This document shows positions 58,507-64,000 of a stretch of DNA of 64,000 nt, in pieces; within the stretch, counting starts at the first letter, position 1, and each line of letters starts with the position of its first letter. This DNA is from a virus (Duplodnaviria > Caudoviricetes): IMG/VR virus record IMGVR_UViG_3300028735_000004, positions 179,942 through 243,941 of that record, one strand, 5' to 3'. The position numbers were made by a program, and so were the translations under genes. The notes under the pieces were generated by a model. The model had not been told where the DNA came from. It did no database searches and worked only from the letters and a program-made list of their open reading frames with translations.

Positions 58507-58869
58507 TCAATTTAATGAATATTTTTTATTTTCTTTTTCTTGCATTCGTTCATCAGAAGAAACTAATGTATCAGTATAAAGTATTAATTCATCAGGTTCG
58601 TGATAATAAGTTGCTTTAGCCATTTCTTCTGCAATTTTAAATATTATTTTGGCGGTATCCTGATCGTTCATTAAACACTCTACTCTTTGTTGAGGATCAT
58701 CGAGATTTTTAGCATTTTCTAAAACTTCATTTAATTTTAAAACCTCTTCATCTTCTATCATATCGAAGATAAATTCACTATCTTCAAATAAATCCTCTAT
58801 AACCGAATTGATACAATGTTCAATTGCCCCGGTTTTTTCTTCATCTGATAATTGAATAAATAATCTCAT
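58507..58869 (-). CDS. Hypothetical acidic protein
   Basis: 120-aa ORF. Confidence 0.65.
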   Translation of the reverse strand: MRLFIQLSDEEKTGAIEHCINSVIEDLFEDSEFIFDMIEDEEVLKLNEVLENAKNLDDPQQRVECLMNDQDTAKIIFKIAEEMAKATYYHEPDELILYTDTLVSSDERMQEKENKKYSLN

Positions 58870-58877
58870 TTTAACAC

Positions 58878-59270
58878 CTAAAAAAGTATTTGTAATTTTT
58901 TAAATTTTGGTTCAAGCAATAATAAATAATTTATAATATTCTCATTAGCAAAAGGTCTTAAATTTAAAAGATGATTTAGTAATTTAAATTTATTAAATGA
59001 TTTTATTTTAGATAAGATAATATAGAAATGTTTATGATTAATAAAATTAAATCTATCTAAACCGAAATACAACCCGATTATAAAATTTTCTTCTTCATCT
59101 ATATTTAATGTAATATTATACTTTCTGTTAATTAGAATAGATAGTTTCTTAATATACTTATTCTTGTCGTAAAGAGCAAGGTCCTTATATTCTTTTAATA
59201 AGGAAGAAATGATATTAATATCACTAATACTGTTTATATTTTTTTCAAAATTACTTAATGTACTCACCAA
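58878..59270 (-). CDS. Hypothetical protein ending KKLQILF
   Basis: 130-aa ORF; C-terminus resembles that of 61439-62152. Confidence 0.55.
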   Translation of the reverse strand: MVSTLSNFEKNINSISDINIISSLLKEYKDLALYDKNKYIKKLSILINRKYNITLNIDEEENFIIGLYFGLDRFNFINHKHFYIILSKIKSFNKFKLLNHLLNLRPFANENIINYLLLLEPKFKKLQILF

Positions 59271-59293
59271 ATGACATATATCGACATATATTA

Positions 59294-59452
59294 TTATTTT
59301 TTATTCTGTCTAATAAAAGATTTTGCCTCAAATTCTTTTAGAACCTCTGGACTAAAAGGAGGGCTATCTAATTCCATATCTTCTTCTATTTTCAATTCAG
59401 GTTGAACATCTTCCTCTTTATTTTTTTTGCGTTTTAATATAAACTTTAGCAT
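59294..59452 (-). CDS. Small hypothetical protein (52 aa, not in the ORF track)
   Basis: Hand-translated MLKFILKRKKNKEEDVQPE... Confidence 0.4.
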   Translation of the reverse strand: MLKFILKRKKNKEEDVQPELKIEEDMELDSPPFSPEVLKEFEAKSFIRQNKK

Positions 59453-59549
59453 TCATCATACCACATTCGCAATTAGTATTTAGATAGTTATTTCTAATAC
59501 GAACTTTATTAATTCTTTTTTTACAATACACACATTTTAAAAATTTCAC
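59418..59549 (-). CDS. Small zinc-ribbon protein (43 aa, not in the ORF track)
   Basis: GTG start with an AGGAG RBS; CVYC...CECG. Confidence 0.5.
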   Translation of the reverse strand: MKFLKCVYCKKRINKVRIRNNYLNTNCECGMMNAKVYIKTQKK

Positions 59550-59576
59550 TATATGCTCCTATTTTTGTATATTAAT

Positions 59577-60179
59577 ATGTCAAAAGAAGAAAAGGCTTTT
59601 GAATATTTTCGAAATTCTATATCTGATCTTCAAAAGGATTATTTTGATCCGTCAACTAATGATATTTTTGAATATTCTTTAAAATCATTGTGGAAAACAC
59701 ATTATCATCAAAATATCAAAAAAATAATTCTAAATTTTATTAAACATAATTATCAAATATTTAATGAGGATCCAACTCCACCAGTAATATATATCTTATT
59801 TTCGTTAAATGATAAAGAAATTAATACAATTATACAAAATATAGTAATTAAACAATTTATTCAAGAACAAGCCTCTGAAGCAAGTACATTTACCGTATTA
59901 AATATTGTGGATATTTTAGCGGATAAAACTAATATAGATGATTTTGTTAATGATATTATTGATGCTATAAATCATAATATGAATGAAGATATGATTAGCG
60001 CATTATCATTTTTTATAATTAATAAAAACGATAAGTATATTAAACAATTTATATCTAAATTTAAAGATCTTAAAAAGATAGATTTAATTAAAGAATTATA
60101 TAAGATGTTTGGAAGAAAAATAATGTTATCTTTAATAGAAAGTAATGATTTTAATATAATCAAAAAACTAAATGAATAA
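59577..60179 (+). CDS. Hypothetical helical protein
   Basis: ORF track 59553-60179; probable start at MSKEEK. Confidence 0.6.
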   Translation: MSKEEKAFEYFRNSISDLQKDYFDPSTNDIFEYSLKSLWKTHYHQNIKKIILNFIKHNYQIFNEDPTPPVIYILFSLNDKEINTIIQNIVIKQFIQEQASEASTFTVLNIVDILADKTNIDDFVNDIIDAINHNMNEDMISALSFFIINKNDKYIKQFISKFKDLKKIDLIKELYKMFGRKIMLSLIESNDFNIIKKLNE

Positions 60180-60765
60180 GAAATTATTTTTATTTATATT
60201 GTTATGTCTTAGTGTTATTTTCTGCACAAAAATAAAATATCCAATTTCTAACCAAGAAAATTTATCTAAAAAAGTATATATAGATACAAAATTTACATCT
60301 TCTGAAAGAAGAAAGATAGAAGAAGCTTTAAATAATTGGAAATGCTCAACTAATAGTTATGTGCATTATATGATAGTCGGCAATTTGAGCACAAAAGAAT
60401 ATGAAGATTTATATGACGAAAATACATTGTTTATTGAAAAAACAAATTCATATAATCCAATTATTGTAGAAGAAAATGATAAAAAACAAGATCATAGTTT
60501 TAATGTAGTTGGATACTATCAGCGCAATTTAAATAAAAAAGACTATATATTAATAGTTGATGATTTAATTGGTAATGATGAACTATTTTTTGGTGTAGTA
60601 TTGCACGAATTAGGTCATTCTTATGGGTTAGTGCATTCTTTAGATCCTAATGCAATAATGTATCCTACGCTTACTCATAATTTAATTTTAACGAAACAGG
60701 ATTTAGAAAATTTTTGTGATGCTTATAAATGTGATGCATCCAAAATGTTAATTTGTAATTATTAA
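60172..60765 (+). CDS. Matrixin-like (M10 metzincin) metalloprotease with a signal peptide
   Basis: HELGHSYGLVH, Met-turn AIMYP and a hydrophobic N-terminus ending in Cys. Confidence 0.85.
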   Translation: MNKKLFLFILLCLSVIFCTKIKYPISNQENLSKKVYIDTKFTSSERRKIEEALNNWKCSTNSYVHYMIVGNLSTKEYEDLYDENTLFIEKTNSYNPIIVEENDKKQDHSFNVVGYYQRNLNKKDYILIVDDLIGNDELFFGVVLHELGHSYGLVHSLDPNAIMYPTLTHNLILTKQDLENFCDAYKCDASKMLICNY

Positions 60766-60835
60766 TATTAAAATAGTAATATTATTATATTTTTATATAG
60801 GTATATTTTACCCACCAATCTACAAGAGAGCAGTA

Positions 60836-61438
60836 ATGAAAAAAATATTATCTTTAATTAGTTTATGTCTTTTAATATTAATACCTGGATGTTTGGTTTT
60901 TGAATCATCTTCACACAAACATACACACGCACCTGAAAATGAGGCAGCTGTATTAATAACTCCAGTGTATGTCGATTCCAGTTTTACCGACAAACAAAAA
61001 GCAGATATTGCTCAAAGTTTAAAAATATGGAATGATGCTCTTGTAGGCCAACATAAATTTGAAGTTGTATATGTGGGTGAAATTACGGATGAAGTTCAGG
61101 CTAAAGTAGAAAAAACAGATTTTGGATTAATTATTCACAAAGATAATGATGAAGATTTAATTGCAGAAGGTGTTTTAGCATATGTTGATGGTCTTCGCGG
61201 TCATAATATGTTCGTTGAAACAGATTTTATTGGAGAGCGTAATCTTGTTGCAATTTTAATTCACGAAGCCGGTCATGTCTTAGGTTTGCCTCATATTATT
61301 ATTCAAGGCACAGTAATGGCGCCTTCTTATGCGCTCCACCAACCTAATTGTATTGATGAAATTACGGCAAGAGAGCTCGTTACAGTTAGACCAAGAGATT
61401 TTAAATTAGAATTAATTAATTACTGCAAAGTTAAATAA
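60836..61438 (+). CDS. Matrixin-like (M10 metzincin) metalloprotease, probable lipoprotein
   Basis: HEAGHVLGLPH, Met-turn TVMAP and MKKILSLISLCLLILIPGC (lipobox-like). Confidence 0.85.
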   Translation: MKKILSLISLCLLILIPGCLVFESSSHKHTHAPENEAAVLITPVYVDSSFTDKQKADIAQSLKIWNDALVGQHKFEVVYVGEITDEVQAKVEKTDFGLIIHKDNDEDLIAEGVLAYVDGLRGHNMFVETDFIGERNLVAILIHEAGHVLGLPHIIIQGTVMAPSYALHQPNCIDEITARELVTVRPRDFKLELINYCKVK

Positions 61439-62152
61439 TTAAAATAAAATAAGCAATTTATTAAGCCGAGGTGATTTTATTTCTTTAGCAAATTTAATCA
61501 TCTCGGTTTTATTATTAGATCTTATAATTCTATTTTCTAATTTTTCTATATTTGCTCCATGAATATGCTTTGCAAATAACCTAACATACAAATCGCTTTT
61601 TGATAATATAATTAAGTCTTCAATAATCTCTAATTCTTTTTTAGATTTGGTTTTTTTAGCTAATTCAAATAAATATCTTGGTTTTTTAGAATGAATAATT
61701 ATATTTTTAATTTCATTTATATTTAAATATTTAATATGTTTAATAAACAAATAAGCAGCTTTAGCATTGTTTTCTTTTTTTATTATATCTAATATAATTC
61801 TTTTATCCGATCCTCTTACGAAAATTGCAAATTTAGCCAAAGCAATTGTATCTTTTTTAGATATTAAAGCATTCTGCAATTTATTTATATTAGCATTTTT
61901 AACATCTCTTGCATATCTATAAATTAAATCAGAACTGGCATTATTAATAACGAAATTTTCTAATTTTTTTGTGCTTAAATGAAAAACACTAATTTCTCTT
62001 GCTAAATGAAATGCTAAAAATGGATTATTATCTTTTATAACCGCTTTTTCTAATTCTCTTGCTTTTCTTCTGTATTCTTTAATATCTTTTTCTAAAGAAG
62101 ATAATTCTAATAATAGTTTTTGAAAATAAGAATACCTCAAGTATTTAAGCAT
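61439..62152 (-). CDS. Helical-repeat hypothetical protein ending NKLLILF
   Basis: Internal repeats of the type xxYxFAxxVKxANIxKLE. Confidence 0.65.
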   Translation of the reverse strand: MLKYLRYSYFQKLLLELSSLEKDIKEYRRKARELEKAVIKDNNPFLAFHLAREISVFHLSTKKLENFVINNASSDLIYRYARDVKNANINKLQNALISKKDTIALAKFAIFVRGSDKRIILDIIKKENNAKAAYLFIKHIKYLNINEIKNIIIHSKKPRYLFELAKKTKSKKELEIIEDLIILSKSDLYVRLFAKHIHGANIEKLENRIIRSNNKTEMIKFAKEIKSPRLNKLLILF

Positions 62153-62198
62153 ATATTAAAATGCTTAATAATGAGTTATAATTTTTATTATAAAAATA

Positions 62199-62558
62199 TT
62201 AGATTAAAACCAAATATTTTTCTATTTTCGGAAGATATTTGTCAAATTCAAGAACTAATTGCTTATACCTGGAAATTTGGTTTAAAATAGAGAAACGATT
62301 GGTGCTCCTGCGCGGTGCTCGTGGGACGCTATTTGCATTTTCCCAAAATTGCATAAATAATATTAAATTGTATGCCACATTGAGATTTTTGGAAGAATAA
62401 CAATTAATAATTGCTGCTACAATCGACGATCCCAAACCCTGATTTTCAGGTACTGTTTCTACAACTTCTTCTGTAAAATCAGTATCAGTTATTACATAAA
62501 GATAATGATTTAAATCATTTTCTGATTTTAAAAATATAAAACTAATCGACTGAAACAT
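62199..62558 (-). CDS. Intact member of the MFKSI...KYLSLL small-protein family
   Basis: MFQSI...TDTDFTEE...IINCYSSKNLNVA...KYLPKIEKYLVLI; GAGG-like (AGG) RBS. Confidence 0.7.
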   Translation of the reverse strand: MFQSISFIFLKSENDLNHYLYVITDTDFTEEVVETVPENQGLGSSIVAAIINCYSSKNLNVAYNLILFMQFWENANSVPRAPRRSTNRFSILNQISRYKQLVLEFDKYLPKIEKYLVLI

Positions 62559-62678
62559 ATTTAACCTATAAATTAATGAACTATTAATATTTTTTATTTA
62601 AAGAGTAAGCATAATTAACACAATGGGATTTTTGGAAGAATAACAATTAATAATTGCTGCTACAATCGACGATCCCAA
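62384..62678. repeat. 52-bp perfect direct repeat (62384-62435 and 62627-62678)
   Basis: GATTTTTGGAAGAATAACAATTAATAATTGCTGCTACAATCGACGATCCCAA is identical in both copies. Confidence 0.9.
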
Positions 62679-62789
62679 CCCTCCTCTACTCCTATATGTT
62701 TTTCATCAAAATCATCATCTACTATTTTAGATAAATAATAATAAACATTATTTTTTTTTAAAATGATTAATATATATTGATTTAAACAT
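62598..62789 (-). pseudogene. Frameshifted, truncated family member
   Basis: MFKSIYINHF, then an A9 run shifts the frame; KIVDDDFDEK; a second shift gives GLGSSIVAAIINCYSSKN. Confidence 0.7.
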
Positions 62790-62971
62790 CTACCAATTCC
62801 TATAAGATAATGGTGGTGGCCAAGACTGTTCTGAATCTAATTTTCTAATAAGAACCTCTATAAGATCGTGCTTACATTTATCGCATGTGCAATTATCTGG
62901 AATATTTTTTTAACAAATTTAGCCAGCCTTAATAAATCATTCATATTACATTTAGTCTCGGTGAAGCCATT

Positions 62972-63538
62972 TTATACCTTTATATCATATGATTTTCTAT
63001 GCAAATCACATAATCCATATTTTCTAATACCATCTTTATGATTTTTGCTCAAATAGCCTTTATTAGATTTCCAATCATAAACTGGAAATAATTTATCATA
63101 TTGAATCATTAAGTTATCTCTATAAACTTTAGCGATTATGCTGGCGGCCATAGTTTGATGAATTGTATTATCTGCTTTAACTACTGATTTATAATTATCT
63201 GCGTTTAAACAATCATCTATTAGTTTTAAATTTCCATCAACTATAACAAAACTATCTTGACATATTAAAGATTTAATTGCCTCAATATGTAGTATTTTTA
63301 ACATTTCATAAACACCATACTTATCAATGTCAGATGGAGGTGCTGATTTTATCACAAATTGAATATCATTATCTTTTTGTAATAAGATATTTACCTCTTC
63401 TCTTTTTTTAGAGGATAATTTTTTACTATCCTTAAGATAAGGCTTATTCCAATCTTTAGGCGATTTGACGGCACATACAACTAAATCACAACAAGCAGCA
63501 CCGTATCCAACTTCATCGCAACCAATAATGTATTTCAT
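62972..63538 (-). CDS. rnhB: Ribonuclease HII
   Basis: IIGCDEVGYG, DSKKL, VDGN, KAD, AASIIAKVYRD, NKGY and HRKSY. Confidence 0.93.
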   Translation of the reverse strand: MKYIIGCDEVGYGAACCDLVVCAVKSPKDWNKPYLKDSKKLSSKKREEVNILLQKDNDIQFVIKSAPPSDIDKYGVYEMLKILHIEAIKSLICQDSFVIVDGNLKLIDDCLNADNYKSVVKADNTIHQTMAASIIAKVYRDNLMIQYDKLFPVYDWKSNKGYLSKNHKDGIRKYGLCDLHRKSYDIKV

Positions 63539-63868
63539 AGTAAATTAATGTATTTTTGTAGATTAGGAAAAATTTTTTCAAAAAGTATTCCCAGAGGCAC
63601 GTTCGCAGCTTGATATGTCTCGATTTGATCTAAATATGTATATCCATATTTTTGGTTCATAAAGATCATATATAAATAAAAATTTTTTGCAACATAAGCA
63701 TCATCATTGTGATGATCATAATAAAAATATAAACGGCATAAGCATCTTGAAGCATATCATAATCATTGTATGCTATATCTACACTAAATTCTTCGTTAAA
63801 ATCATCATCTTCTATATAGTAATGAAATTTGTCTTTATAATCATCGTAAAATTTTATTGATTTAAATA

Positions 63869-63869
<1 letters not shown>
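63535..63869 (-). pseudogene. Frameshifted family member (ATA in place of ATG)
   Basis: IFKSIKF...IEDDDFNEE; frameshift near 63730; then YVAKNFYLY...FPNLQKYINLL. Confidence 0.65.

Positions 63870-64000
<131 letters not shown>

Noticed and set aside
62384-62678. Diversity-generating retroelement template/variable repeat pair
   Set aside because: The two 52-bp copies are identical with no adenine-specific mismatches, and there is no reverse transcriptase in the window.
62800-62970. Small Cys-containing reading frame (NCTCDKCKHDL...SWPPPLSYRNW)
   Set aside because: There is no in-frame start (stop codon in an A7 run upstream). It may be another decayed gene, but the evidence is insufficient to call it.

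Overview
This is a very AT-rich, gene-dense segment of a large (jumbo/huge) tailed-phage genome. The evidence is an adjacent portal-like gene and terminase large subunit, together with a near-complete bacterial-type replication and recombination set: DnaE carrying a 442-aa LAGLIDADG intein, split DnaG, SSB, RecA/UvsY-like, RuvC, SbcCD, TopA, RNase HII and an FtsK domain. Almost all genes from 1 to 46 kb lie on the minus strand, and a divergent non-coding region at 46.0-46.5 kb may hold an origin and a small RNA. The phage carries many host-takeover genes: ribosomal protein bS21, trigger factor, DnaJ, an active ClpP plus an inactive ClpR-like partner, DksA/TraR, two HU/IHF-like proteins, a CCA/poly(A)-type nucleotidyltransferase, a Thg1-like protein and a SET-domain protein. 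It also has a sugar-nucleotide/glycosyltransferase island (48-58.5 kb) and two exported matrixin-like proteases. Four observations are not explained by gene annotation. (1) A compact, pseudoknotted ~100-nt structured RNA candidate lies behind the SSB gene. (2) A K-x-A-Q motif recurs in head-cluster proteins and may be a maturation or packaging signal, including in the CCA-type enzyme. (3) A conserved extended -10-like motif is placed so that many mRNAs would be near-leaderless, in a phage that encodes its own bS21. (4) A family of small MFKSI...KYLSLL paralogues at 56.5-64 kb is mostly frameshifted, shares identical DNA patches and hosts 42-nt and 32-nt homopolymer tracts. I saw no tRNA, rRNA, CRISPR array, reverse transcriptase or stop-codon recoding. 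All functional calls come from motif recognition by eye; no database search was run.
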